This document shows positions 29,327 through 39,151 of a DNA stretch of 64,000 nt, in pieces. The notes under the pieces were generated by a model. The model made no database searches. It was not told where the DNA came from and was given only the letters and a program-made list of their open reading frames with translations. The DNA comes from Bacilli bacterium (GTDB lineage: Bacteria > Bacillota_I > Bacilli_A > RFN20 > UBA1709), in NCBI GenBank assembly GCA_050949315.1, contig JBMNFL010000001.1, positions 256,001-320,000 of the forward strand, in the 5' to 3' direction. A program made the position numbers and the translations under genes. Each line of letters opens with the position of its first letter. Positions within the stretch are counted from its first letter, which is position 1.

Positions 29327-30146
29327 GCCTAGTTTATATCTAGTAGCCACTCCCATTGGTAATCTAAAAGAAATGAGTCCGCGGGCGCTTGAAGTTTTAA
29401 ATAGTGTCGCCTTTATCGCCTGTGAAGACACTCGTGTTACCAGAAAACTCTGCCAGCATTTTGCTATTAAAACACTACTTATTTCCTGTCATGAACACAA
29501 TGAGAATAAGGCGGTGGAGAAGATTATCAAAGCCCTTAAAGATGGTTATAGCGTCGCCTTGACTAGTGATGCGGGTTTTCCTGCTATCAGTGATCCCGGT
29601 GAGCTTGTTGTGGCCAAGGTTTTAGAACAGGGCTTTAAAATTGAAGTCATCTCCGGTCCCTGTGCCCTTATCAATGCCTTAGTAGCCTCAGGTCTTAGCA
29701 CCAAACACTTTTATTTTCATGGTTTTTTAGCCCATAAAGTTTCGGAAAGACGGAAGGAACTTGAAAGTTTAGCCGAGCGGGAAGAGACTTTAATTTTTTA
29801 TGAAGCCCCTCATCGCATCAGTGAGACAATTGAACTTCTAATTCAAACCTTCGGTCCGCGGAAGGCTTGTTTAGCCCGAGAATTAACCAAAAAGTTTGAG
29901 GAATTTCTCAGAGGTAGTTTAGAAGAATTGCGCAACATTTTAATCACCCGCGAGTTAAAGGGGGAAATGGTTTTAGTGGTTGAGGGCTATAAAAAGCCGG
30001 AAAGACCAACTTTAAGCCGCTTTGAGGTGGTGGATGAGGTCACAAAACTTGTCAATCAAGGTCTTAGTGTTCGCGATGCCATCCGCCAAATTTCTAAAAC
30101 CTATAAATTGAGTAAAAATGAGGTTTATCAGTTATTTCACCAATAA
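29319..30146 (+). CDS. rsmI: 16S rRNA C1402 2'-O-methyltransferase
   Basis: LYLVATPIGN, CEDTR, SDAGFPAISDPG, YEAPHR, ARELTK. Confidence 0.96.
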   Translation: MNKPSLYLVATPIGNLKEMSPRALEVLNSVAFIACEDTRVTRKLCQHFAIKTLLISCHEHNENKAVEKIIKALKDGYSVALTSDAGFPAISDPGELVVAKVLEQGFKIEVISGPCALINALVASGLSTKHFYFHGFLAHKVSERRKELESLAEREETLIFYEAPHRISETIELLIQTFGPRKACLARELTKKFEEFLRGSLEELRNILITRELKGEMVLVVEGYKKPERPTLSRFEVVDEVTKLVNQGLSVRDAIRQISKTYKLSKNEVYQLFHQ

Positions 30147-30236
30147 AAGAAACATTTCTTTTAACTGCTTTAAATTTTATGATATAGTATTAAAGAATTG
30201 TTTTTACAAATAATGGTCAGTTGAGGAGGAAACAAT

Positions 30237-32288
30237 ATGCAAAACTATGAGCCCAAGCTCTTAAAAAGTATCGCTTTATTCGGTCACCAAGCCAGTGGTA
30301 AAAGTTCGTTAATGGAGGCTTTGCTCTTTCGCAGTGGTCATTTAAGCAAGAAGGGTAGTGTCGACGATGGCAATTCCGTCAGTGATGCTAGTAAAGAGGA
30401 AAAGAATGCTAAATTCTCGATTTACTCTAGTTTAATACCCATTGAGTATCAAAAGGCGAAATATAATTTTATTGATACCCCGGGCTTCTTTGACTTTGAG
30501 ATGGAAACCCATGGGGCTTTAAGAGTCGTGCGCAATGCCATCATCGTGCTTGATGGCGTTAAAGGTGTAGAAGTCGGTTCCCGTAAAGCCTGGCGCCAAG
30601 TACGGAAAAACTCTCTTCCTACGGTGGTCTTTGTCAACAAAATGGATAAAGAGAATATTAAATTAGAAGAAATTTTGGATGATTTAAGAAAGCATTTTGA
30701 AAAGAAAGCCATTCCTTTCACTTGGCCTATTGGTACCGCTAGCGAGCATAGGGGTTATCTCCATATCGTGGACATGACCGCCAGTGTTGATAATAAGGTT
30801 GTAGAAATCCCCGCTGAATACCAAGATTTAGCTAAAGAACTACATAATCAAATCATTGAGGCCGCGGCCAATCATGATGATGACATTATGGAAAAATATT
30901 TCAGTGAAGAAGAAATCGGTTTAGAAGAGTTAAAAGCCGCTCTTAAAAAAGCTGTCAATGCGGGGACCCTAGTACCCACCATCTTTGGCAGTGCTCATAA
31001 GAATAGCGGGGTTAAGGCCTTATTAGATATCTGTGCCGAATACTTAAGTGCTGAGGACTTAGAAAGGCTACCTTTTGATGAGAATAATGAGGCCCCAAGC
31101 CTTAAGGAAATTATCGATCCTAGCGCTAGTTTTTCCGCTTTTGTTTGGAAAACTTCAGTTGATCCTTTTGTTGGTAAAATCTCCTATATTAAAGTCTTGA
31201 GTGGTAGTCTTAAGAAAGACGATACCATCTTAAATGTCAGTAAGGATAGCAAAGAGCGTATCAATAATATCTCTTTCATTCGGGGTAAGGAATTCATTGA
31301 AACATCCTCGATTAGTGCTGGTGATTTTGGGGTTATCACTAAGGTTGCTTCCTTAGAAACCGGTGATAGCTTAAGCGATGTTGCTAATCCTGTTCAATTA
31401 GAGGGCATCGAGGCTTTAGAGCCAACTATTTACTATGCTTTAACGGTTAAAAACAAAAATGATGAAGGCAAAATCACCGATGCCTTGCGGAAAATTTGTT
31501 CTGAAGACCTTTCAATTAGATCTGAACGCAATGCCGAGACCAAACAACTGCTAGTCGGCTGCCAAGGTCAGGCACAGATGGATATTGTCGTTGAAAAACT
31601 TAAGAATATCTACAATATTGAGGTGCTCTTAAGTGCTGCGAAGATTTCTTATCGCGAGACCATCAAAGGCAAGTCCGATGTTGAGGGTCGTTATATCAAA
31701 CAATCGGGCGGGTCCGGTCAATATGGGGTAGTCAAAATCGAATTTGAACACTCTGATGAAAAAGACTTTGAATTTGTTAACGATATTTTCGGGGGCGCCG
31801 TCCCTAGTAACTACGTGCCGGCTGTTGAAAAGGGTTTAGAAGAAGCCATGAAGACCGGTGTTTTAGCCGGCTATCCAGTTATCGGTTTAAAGGCGCGCCT
31901 ATATGATGGTAAGTACCATCCCGTTGACTCTTCAGAATTGGCTTTTAAAATGGCCGCTTCCTTAGCTTTTAAGGATGGCTGTTCTAAGGCAAAACCCACC
32001 TTATTAGAACCCATCATGGAAGTTAAAGTGGTGGGACCGAATGAATTTATCGGTGACATCATGGGTGATCTTAGTAAAAGACGGGGTATTATCATGGGAA
32101 TTGATCCGGTTGGGGAGGAGCAGTATATCACCGCCGAGGTTCCTCAAAGTGAGCTACAGAGCTATATCATTGACCTAAAAACCATGACCCAAGCACAAGC
32201 CACTTTTACCATGAAATTTATCCGCTATGATGAGGTTCCTTCAAACCTTGTTGATAAGATAATTCAAGAAGCTAAAGCTGAACAATAA
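30237..32288 (+). CDS. Elongation factor G-like protein (EF-G2)
   Basis: EF-G architecture (DPFVG, KQSGGSGQYG, DGKYHPVDSSE, LLEP) with divergent GHQASGKSS and DTPGFFDF; not in a str operon. Confidence 0.9.
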   Translation: MQNYEPKLLKSIALFGHQASGKSSLMEALLFRSGHLSKKGSVDDGNSVSDASKEEKNAKFSIYSSLIPIEYQKAKYNFIDTPGFFDFEMETHGALRVVRNAIIVLDGVKGVEVGSRKAWRQVRKNSLPTVVFVNKMDKENIKLEEILDDLRKHFEKKAIPFTWPIGTASEHRGYLHIVDMTASVDNKVVEIPAEYQDLAKELHNQIIEAAANHDDDIMEKYFSEEEIGLEELKAALKKAVNAGTLVPTIFGSAHKNSGVKALLDICAEYLSAEDLERLPFDENNEAPSLKEIIDPSASFSAFVWKTSVDPFVGKISYIKVLSGSLKKDDTILNVSKDSKERINNISFIRGKEFIETSSISAGDFGVITKVASLETGDSLSDVANPVQLEGIEALEPTIYYALTVKNKNDEGKITDALRKICSEDLSIRSERNAETKQLLVGCQGQAQMDIVVEKLKNIYNIEVLLSAAKISYRETIKGKSDVEGRYIKQSGGSGQYGVVKIEFEHSDEKDFEFVNDIFGGAVPSNYVPAVEKGLEEAMKTGVLAGYPVIGLKARLYDGKYHPVDSSELAFKMAASLAFKDGCSKAKPTLLEPIMEVKVVGPNEFIGDIMGDLSKRRGIIMGIDPVGEEQYITAEVPQSELQSYIIDLKTMTQAQATFTMKFIRYDEVPSNLVDKIIQEAKAEQ

Positions 32289-32291
32289 TTA

Positions 32292-32316
32292 AAGGCACCA
32301 CAAGGTGCTTTTTTTG
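32292..32316 (+). terminator. Terminator after the EF-G-like gene
   Basis: AGGCACC-ACAA-GGTGCTT followed by poly-T. Confidence 0.8.
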
Positions 32317-32329
32317 TTATAATTAAAAC

Positions 32330-33001
32330 ATGAAAACCAAATTTCTTTCCAAAGCTTTCTATCCTTTCGTCCTTATTGAGGGACTCTTCTTTCTCAATCT
32401 TTTGTTGGATGCCATTTTTAACTATTTACCAGTTAATATTGATAATATTTTGCGTTACCTAAGTATTGTTTGCTGCTTTCTTTGGGCCTTATTTTTAATG
32501 ATAAAAATTAAGGACACGAACAAACTGCCTTTACTTTTTTCCCTGTTTTTAGTTCTTATTGCCGATTATTTCTTGCTTTTTACTAATAATCCCATAGGTA
32601 TCTATGCTTTTATTGCCGTTCAAATCACCTATCAATTTTTTATCAGTCGTTTTCGCTTAATGCTTCCAATGTTTGTTTTTGCGGCCCTTTTTAGTGGGAC
32701 GTTTCATTTAATTTTTTATCTATTAGGCGAACTTTCAAACTTCAATTTAGCTCAGCTTGTTCCAGCGAGTTTTTATTATGGCTGTAGTATATTCAATATT
32801 TTCTCAGCCTGGCTTGTTTTTAAGAAAAAAGCTCTTTTTAAAGCCAACTTTTTAGTTTTTCTTTCTATAATTCTCTTATTACTCTGTGATACTTGCATCG
32901 GCTTGAGCAATATTTCAACTTTAAGTGTTTTCATCTCTTTAATTTGGCTCTTCTATCTACCTTCACAGGTCTTAATCGTCACTTATCTATATAAAACTTA
33001 A
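32330..33001 (+). CDS. Membrane protein, possibly YhhN/lysoplasmalogenase-like
   Basis: Multi-TM, with LIADYFLL, LLCDTCIG and FYLPSQ motifs. Confidence 0.6.
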   Translation: MKTKFLSKAFYPFVLIEGLFFLNLLLDAIFNYLPVNIDNILRYLSIVCCFLWALFLMIKIKDTNKLPLLFSLFLVLIADYFLLFTNNPIGIYAFIAVQITYQFFISRFRLMLPMFVFAALFSGTFHLIFYLLGELSNFNLAQLVPASFYYGCSIFNIFSAWLVFKKKALFKANFLVFLSIILLLLCDTCIGLSNISTLSVFISLIWLFYLPSQVLIVTYLYKT

Positions 33002-33085
33002 GCTTAGAAACTTAAGATTAAAGTATTCAAAAGACCTGAAAAAAGGTATAATGTTAAAGATGATGGATTGAGGCGAGTAAAGAAG

Positions 33086-33607
33086 ATGACAAAGGAAGCT
33101 AAATGGCTGAGTATCTGCAGTTTTAAACATGATGGCAGCGTTCATCGCTTTTGGAATAGAGCCTTGCTACTTTGTGAAGACGAGGAGCTTTTAATCGTGG
33201 GTAACGATGATGCTACTGTTTATGAAAATGATGGTCGCCTCTGGCAAGTAAGAGAGCCCGCCATTACGATTTTTTATAAAAAGCAGTGGTACAACGTCAT
33301 CTGCATGTTAAGAGAAAACGGCATTCATTATTATTGCAACATCGCTTCTCCTAGCATCATAAAAGACAACAGTATCATCTACATCGATTACGATTTAGAT
33401 CTCGGCATTAAAAAAGGCCAAAACTTAAAGATTTTAGATGAGGTTGAATATCAGCGTCACCGCTTAGAAATGAAATATACGGCCGTGCTTGACTATAAAT
33501 TAAAAGAGGCCTTATTTACCTTAATAAAGAGGTATGATCAGCAGGAATTTCCTTTCATTGATGAGAAGATTTTTGCTTATTATCAAGAGTTTTTAAAAAG
33601 AAAGTAA
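33086..33607 (+). CDS. DUF402 nucleoside tri/diphosphate phosphatase (YgaC-like)
   Basis: SFKHDGSVHRFW, REPAI, YYCNIASP, YIDYDLD, LDEVEY. Confidence 0.88.
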   Translation: MTKEAKWLSICSFKHDGSVHRFWNRALLLCEDEELLIVGNDDATVYENDGRLWQVREPAITIFYKKQWYNVICMLRENGIHYYCNIASPSIIKDNSIIYIDYDLDLGIKKGQNLKILDEVEYQRHRLEMKYTAVLDYKLKEALFTLIKRYDQQEFPFIDEKIFAYYQEFLKRK

Positions 33608-33619
33608 AGGGAGTTAAAA

Positions 33620-34078
33620 GTGACTTATAAAATTCAAGTAAAAAGTGAAAAAGAAAGCACGGCTTTAGCCTTAAAACTTGCCAAAAACTTAAAAGCGGGT
33701 GATGTCATCTTGCTAGAGGGTGATTTAGGCAGTGGCAAAACCTTTTTCGCTAAGGGTGTTGGGTTAGGCTTAATGGTCAATGAGACCGTTATCAGTCCCA
33801 CCTTTAATATTGTCCGCTGTTACTTTAAAGGACGTCTCCCTCTTTACCATATTGATGCCTATCGTTTAGAAGATTGCCAGCAAGATATCGGCCTTGAGGA
33901 ATATTTAGAAGGCGATGGCGTGAGTCTTGTTGAATGGCCCGAATACATTCAAGAGTTTTGGCCAGATGAGTATCTCAAGATTAGCATTGAAATTAGTGGC
34001 AAACAAAGCCGTGATTATACTTTTTTAGCGAAGGGAAGGCGCTACGAAGGCTTGTTAAAGGTGATAAAAAATGGCTAA
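33620..34078 (+). CDS. tsaE: t6A biosynthesis ATPase TsaE
   Basis: GDLGSGKT, SPTF, HIDAYRL, VEW. Confidence 0.96.
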   Translation: MTYKIQVKSEKESTALALKLAKNLKAGDVILLEGDLGSGKTFFAKGVGLGLMVNETVISPTFNIVRCYFKGRLPLYHIDAYRLEDCQQDIGLEEYLEGDGVSLVEWPEYIQEFWPDEYLKISIEISGKQSRDYTFLAKGRRYEGLLKVIKNG

Positions 34079-34664
34079 ACAATTAATTTTAGATACTAGC
34101 GCCAAATACCTAGTTGTCGCCCTAGCCGAAAATGACAAAATCATTGATAAAATCCAGTATATTGCTTGGCAAAGACAATCAGAATTTACGGCCTTAGAAA
34201 TTCAAAATATCCTCAAAAGAAACCAAACGACCATGCGGGAAATAAAGCGGATTATTGTCAGTAATGGTCCCGGTTCTTATACTGGGGTTCGCATAGCATT
34301 AACACTGGCCAAATTCTTCGCCATCAGCTTAAATATTCCGCTCTGTGTCCTTTCATCTTTACAAGCAATGTGTGGTGTTAAAACTAAACAAATTGCCCTT
34401 TTAGATGCTCGTAGTAAGCGCGCTTATGTCGGACTTTACGATAAAGGAATTAAACTGCGTGATGACTTTGTTTGTGGGCTTGATGAACTAGAGAGTTTGC
34501 TTAAAAAACACCCCGATTTTGAGGTTGTTGGCGATCGTTTTTTAGTGGGACTTCCTGAACAAGAAATTGATTTCCCCAAACAGATGCTAGCGCTTAGCAA
34601 ACTCGTTGAGGACCATCCAGATGTCGATGCCTTAGTGCCCGTTTATCTTAAGGAGATTTTATGA
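34071..34664 (+). CDS. tsaB: t6A biosynthesis protein TsaB
   Basis: LDTS, GPGSYTGVRI, DARSK, PVYL. Confidence 0.94.
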   Translation: MAKQLILDTSAKYLVVALAENDKIIDKIQYIAWQRQSEFTALEIQNILKRNQTTMREIKRIIVSNGPGSYTGVRIALTLAKFFAISLNIPLCVLSSLQAMCGVKTKQIALLDARSKRAYVGLYDKGIKLRDDFVCGLDELESLLKKHPDFEVVGDRFLVGLPEQEIDFPKQMLALSKLVEDHPDVDALVPVYLKEIL

Positions 34665-35134
34665 TTATTCGTTTGATGCAAAAAGAAGATTTACCCCTGA
34701 TTTTAGAGGCTGAACAAAGGCTTTATCTAAATCCTTGGAACAAAGAGGCTTATTTACAAGAACTCGAACAGAATAAGTTCGCCTATCTTTTTGTTCTCTG
34801 TGAAGAAGGTAAAATCGCGGGCTACTACGGATTTTGGTTAGTTGATGATTATGCCACGGTAACTAAAATTGGTGTTTTGCCGGAATTTCAAGGACATGGG
34901 CTGGCTAAAATTCTTGTTCAGGATTTGCTTTCTCGCTGTCAAAAAGCCGAGGTTAGCAGTATTGATCTAGAGGTAAGAGAAAGCAATAGTAAAGCCATCG
35001 CTCTTTATCAAGAATTTAATTTTAAAGCCGTTCATATTCGTAAAAATTACTATCCCGATGGTGAAAACGCCATCTTGATGCTAAAAAAACTAAAGGAAGA
35101 AGATAGTTATGAAAGAATACATCTTGGGAATTGA
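34661..35134 (+). CDS. rimI: Ribosomal protein alanine N-acetyltransferase
   Basis: GNAT motif QGHGLA, LEVRESN, RKNYY...ENAILM. Confidence 0.92.
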   Translation: MIIRLMQKEDLPLILEAEQRLYLNPWNKEAYLQELEQNKFAYLFVLCEEGKIAGYYGFWLVDDYATVTKIGVLPEFQGHGLAKILVQDLLSRCQKAEVSSIDLEVRESNSKAIALYQEFNFKAVHIRKNYYPDGENAILMLKKLKEEDSYERIHLGN

Positions 35135-36140
35135 AAGCAGTTGTGATGAAACAAGTGTCGCTATCTGTGACCTAGAAGGAAAACTTTATGCCAATATTGT
35201 TTCAAGTCAAATAGCTACCCATAGTAAATATGGTGGGGTGATGCCGGAAATGGCCTCACGTTTACATATTGAAAAGATAAATTATGTTCTTAAAGCCGCC
35301 CTTTATGATGCCAAGCTTGATTTTAAAGACTTGGCGGCGGTGGCGGTTACTACTGGTCCTGGTCTTATTGGGGCCTTGCATGTAGGCTTACAGGCGGCTA
35401 AGGCTTTGTCGCTGGCCTTAGATATTCCCTTAATTCCCATCCACCATTTAGTTGCTCATATCTATGCTAGCAGTTATGAAAAAGAACTGCGTTTCCCTTG
35501 CCTTAGTTTAGTGGTTTCAGGCGGGCATACGGAACTAGTGTATATGCCTAAAGAATTTGCCTTTGAAATCCTTGGTAGCACCCAAGATGATGCCATTGGC
35601 GAAGCCTATGATAAGGTAGCAAGAATCTTAGGACTTGGTTATCCTGGCGGGCCAAAAATTGATCAGGCAGCAAAGCTAGGAAAAAGCACTTATAAACTGC
35701 CTAAACCACATACTGAAAATCCATATAATGTATCATACAGTGGTCTAAAAACCTATATAAACAACCTCGTGCATAATGCTAAACAAAAAGGGGAAGAAAT
35801 AAGAATAAATGATCTCTGTGCTTCCTTTCAAAAACGGGCGATTGATATGCTGGTTGAAAAGTTAATATTAGCCCTTAAAATCCGACCAGTTGAGCAGATT
35901 GTTATTGCGGGTGGTGTGGCGGCTAATTCCTACTTACGCGAGCAGGTTTTACTAGCGGTTAAAAAAGAATATCCTAATATAGAGGTTGTTCTGCCACCCC
36001 TTTGGTTTTGTGGTGATAATGCCGCGATGGTGGCTAAACTTGGTGGCCGGCTGTATAAAAGGCAGTTTTTTGCCGACTTAAGCTTGGGTGTTTTTCCATC
36101 TTGGTCTATTTTAGATTATGGTGTCTTGAAAGATGAGTAA
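35109..36140 (+). CDS. tsaD: t6A biosynthesis protein TsaD
   Basis: LGIESSCDET, HHLVAH, VSGGHT, DDAIGEAYDK, GGVAAN, DNAAM. Confidence 0.97.
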   Translation: MKEYILGIESSCDETSVAICDLEGKLYANIVSSQIATHSKYGGVMPEMASRLHIEKINYVLKAALYDAKLDFKDLAAVAVTTGPGLIGALHVGLQAAKALSLALDIPLIPIHHLVAHIYASSYEKELRFPCLSLVVSGGHTELVYMPKEFAFEILGSTQDDAIGEAYDKVARILGLGYPGGPKIDQAAKLGKSTYKLPKPHTENPYNVSYSGLKTYINNLVHNAKQKGEEIRINDLCASFQKRAIDMLVEKLILALKIRPVEQIVIAGGVAANSYLREQVLLAVKKEYPNIEVVLPPLWFCGDNAAMVAKLGGRLYKRQFFADLSLGVFPSWSILDYGVLKDE

Positions 36141-36642
36141 ACTATCGGCGCGGGCGCTTATTAAGATTGCTACCGTTAGCGCCATTTATATTGCCTTAAC
36201 ACTCGTGCTCGGTGATTTTTCCTACGGGGCCATTCAATTTAGAATCTCTGAAATCCTACTGTTGCTTTGTTTTTATGAGAAAAAATATGCTTATTCACTA
36301 GTGCTAGGCTGTGCGATTGCTAATTGTTTTAGTAGCCTTGGTCTTATTGATGTTTTGGTTGGTACTTTGGCCACCTTATTAACGGTCATTTTTATCACTC
36401 GCTCAAAAAATCTATTGGTAGCAAGTCTTTGGGGTCCTATTTTTAACCTCATCATAGGCCTAGAACTGCATTTTGTTTTGCAATTACCGCTTTTTATTAC
36501 CTTATTACAGGTGTTCATCGGGGAAGCAGTTGTGTTATTATTAATAGGACTACCACTATTTACGTTTTTAGAAAAAAATCAGAATTTTATCAATCTGATT
36601 ATGATAAGTGAAGAAAGGAAGGATGAAGATGCTGGAATTTGA
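36133..36642 (+). CDS. queT: QueT-family queuosine precursor transporter
   Basis: AIYIALT, SYGAIQFRISE, LGCAIAN, DVLVGTLAT, IGE. Confidence 0.85.
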   Translation: MSKLSARALIKIATVSAIYIALTLVLGDFSYGAIQFRISEILLLLCFYEKKYAYSLVLGCAIANCFSSLGLIDVLVGTLATLLTVIFITRSKNLLVASLWGPIFNLIIGLELHFVLQLPLFITLLQVFIGEAVVLLLIGLPLFTFLEKNQNFINLIMISEERKDEDAGI

Positions 36643-37369
36643 TCCTAGTAAAAGTATGGAAGAAAACGCTAAGGAAGCAGAAAAAGCCCCGAAATATACC
36701 AATAAATATTATCAGGCCTTTTTAGAAGATCGCGTTGTAAAAATTGAAGATGTGGATTTTACTTCGCTACCTTTTGAGGAGCGCTACTGGCTATTAGGAG
36801 CGCTGGTTAATAATTATTATCTTACTAATAATCGTTTCTTAGCCTATCTGTGTTTAGCGCGTTTTAAAGAATTGGCCTTTGTCTGTTTTGCCATCAATCG
36901 GGTTCATCAGTGTGGCTTTTTAGATGAAAAATATAAGGATTATGTTGTACCTTTGAATTTTCCCCTTTCTGATCAAAAATTTCTGACTATTGACCAACAT
37001 TTGAGTCAAAACACTCAAAAAAGGAACAAGATTTATAATATTTTAACGACCTTTTCGATGTTAGTAGGTTTAGCCCTTATTTTTATGCTTCATAGTTTAG
37101 CTAAGCTTGATATCATCATCGCCATTTTAATCGGTGTCGGTAGCTCCTTAGTCTTCAGTTATGTGATTTTACCGCTCATCGCTCGTTACCGGGCAAGGCA
37201 TGCTAAAAAAGAAGTCTTGAGTGGGGAAGTGCCTGAAAGAATCAAAGAACTCATCGCCTATGATGCGCGCGCCAATGATGTATTAAAGGAAGAGGATTAT
37301 AAGCCTATTATCACCGCCCGCAACGAAGCCCAACTCAATACGGCTATTCGCAACTTTCCCAAAAAATAA
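36629..37369 (+). CDS. Hypothetical protein with two TM helices
   Basis: Long ORF with SD AGGAAGG; two hydrophobic segments in the C-terminal half. Confidence 0.75.
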   Translation: MLEFDPSKSMEENAKEAEKAPKYTNKYYQAFLEDRVVKIEDVDFTSLPFEERYWLLGALVNNYYLTNNRFLAYLCLARFKELAFVCFAINRVHQCGFLDEKYKDYVVPLNFPLSDQKFLTIDQHLSQNTQKRNKIYNILTTFSMLVGLALIFMLHSLAKLDIIIAILIGVGSSLVFSYVILPLIARYRARHAKKEVLSGEVPERIKELIAYDARANDVLKEEDYKPIITARNEAQLNTAIRNFPKK

Positions 37370-37409
37370 GTTGTCTAAACAACTTCTCTACCTTATAATC
37401 TAAATAGTC

Positions 37410-37612
37410 GCGATGAAAAAAGCCGAATTGTTAAGCGAAGACCAGCGAATCTTGGTGGGTGTGAGCAAGATCTTCAACAGCAAGGAGAACACTTTTGGAG
37501 CGAAACGTAAATCTGCGTTAAAGATAAAAATGAGAGCGCAAAGAGGCGAAATAGGATGGCACCGCGGTAATTCGTTCCTATGTATCCTCTTTTTTCTGTT
37601 TTTATGGGGGTG
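37410..37612 (+). ncRNA. T-box riboswitch (Asn)
   Basis: T-box AATAGGATGGCACCGCG; likely specifier AAC at 37488-37490; TGGC bulge fits the G73 discriminator of tRNA-Asn; upstream of asnS. Confidence 0.88.
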
Positions 37613-37617
37613 ACTTT

Positions 37618-39012
37618 ATGTTAGAATTTAGAACCAATCGTGAGCTATTTGAAATCTGTCAAATCGGCTCCCAACTGGAAAAAGATGCCTTGGATTTAGT
37701 GGAGTTAGATGGTTGGGTAAGAACCAACCGCAATAGTGGAACTATTGGCTTCATCGAATTCAATGACGGCACCTATTTTAAGAATGTGCAAATTGTTTAT
37801 GATAAGAGTTTAGAAAACTTTGAAGAAGTGGCCAAATGGGGTACTGGCAGTGCCATAAATGTCGTGGGTAAGTTTAATTTTACTCCCACCTTAAAACAAC
37901 CCTTTGAGATCAAGGCGAGCAAACTCAGCCTAGTTGGTGGGGTAGATGAGGATTATCCATTGCAGAAAAAACGCCACAGTTTTGAGTTTTTAAGAGAAAT
38001 CGCCCATCTAAGGCCGAGAACTAACACCTTTGGTGCGGTTTTTCGGGTCCGTTCGGTTTTATCAATGGCCATTCACGAATTCTTCCAAAGTCAGGGCTTT
38101 ATCTATGTTCATACTCCCATTATTACCTCTAACGATGCCGAGGGGGCGGGTGAAGAGTTTACTGTTACCACCCGTCACGATGATCAATACGAGAAAGATT
38201 TCTTTGGTAAAAAAGCCGCTTTAACGGTTTCTGGTCAATTAAACGCTGAGGCTTTTGCCCTTGCTTTCCGCGATGTTTACACTTTTGGTCCCACCTTTAG
38301 GGCCGAAAACTCTAATACCGTGCGCCATGCCTCCGAATTCTGGATGGTGGAGCCAGAAATCGCCTTTGCCGACTTAGATGATGATATGGATTTAATTGAA
38401 GATTGCCTGAAGTATTGCATCTCTTATGTTTTAGAAAACTGTCCACTTGAGATGGAATTCTTCAATAAGATGATCGATAAAGATTTGCTTACAAGACTTG
38501 ACAACATTCTTAAAACGCCCTTCCAAAAACTGACTTATACCGAAGGGATTGAGATTTTAAAAAAGGCTGTAAAAGACGGTTATAAATTCGAAGTCACCGA
38601 GATTAAATGGGGCATGGATCTACAGTCAGAACACGAAAGATATCTCTGCGAAGTATATGCCAATGGTCCCCTTTTCCTAATTGATTATCCCAAAGATATT
38701 AAGGCCTTTTATATGCGTTTAAACGATGATGGGAAAACCGTAGCGGCCTGCGACTTATTAGTCCCGCGAATTGGCGAGATTTTAGGTGGTAGCCAGCGTG
38801 AAGATCGCTATGATTACCTAGTTAAACGCATGCAAGAGTTAGATATGCATACTGAAGATTTAAAATGGTATGCTGACTTAAGGCGCTATGGTGGCGTTCC
38901 TCATGCCGGCTTTGGTATTGGATTTGAAAGATTTTTAATGTATATAACTGGGATGCAAAACATAAGGGATGTCCTTCCTTACCCAAGGACGCCCAATAAT
39001 TTAGATTTTTAG
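37618..39012 (+). CDS. asnS: Asparaginyl-tRNA synthetase
   Basis: [38 protein letters not shown]. Confidence 0.98.
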   Translation: MLEFRTNRELFEICQIGSQLEKDALDLVELDGWVRTNRNSGTIGFIEFNDGTYFKNVQIVYDKSLENFEEVAKWGTGSAINVVGKFNFTPTLKQPFEIKASKLSLVGGVDEDYPLQKKRHSFEFLREIAHLRPRTNTFGAVFRVRSVLSMAIHEFFQSQGFIYVHTPIITSNDAEGAGEEFTVTTRHDDQYEKDFFGKKAALTVSGQLNAEAFALAFRDVYTFGPTFRAENSNTVRHASEFWMVEPEIAFADLDDDMDLIEDCLKYCISYVLENCPLEMEFFNKMIDKDLLTRLDNILKTPFQKLTYTEGIEILKKAVKDGYKFEVTEIKWGMDLQSEHERYLCEVYANGPLFLIDYPKDIKAFYMRLNDDGKTVAACDLLVPRIGEILGGSQREDRYDYLVKRMQELDMHTEDLKWYADLRRYGGVPHAGFGIGFERFLMYITGMQNIRDVLPYPRTPNNLDF

Positions 39013-39019
39013 GAGTGAT

Positions 39020-39151
39020 ATGATGCTTGATCCCAAAATCGCTAAAAAACTCGAAGCTAAACACAAACGCGTGGTTATTATAGTTTTGATTGTTAATTTC
39101 CTTCTTGTTGTCTATCTAATTTTAATGCTTATTCGGAGTTTTTTAACTTAA
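39020..39151 (+). CDS. Small 43-aa single-TM membrane protein (not in the ORF track)
   Basis: SD AGGAGTGA; MMLDPKIAKKLEAKHKRVVIIVLIVNFLLVVYLILMLIRSFLT; TAATG coupling to the next gene. Confidence 0.7.
   Translation: MMLDPKIAKKLEAKHKRVVIIVLIVNFLLVVYLILMLIRSFLT

Noticed and set aside
37413-37613. 66-aa ORF upstream of asnS
   Set aside because: Coincides with the T-box leader RNA
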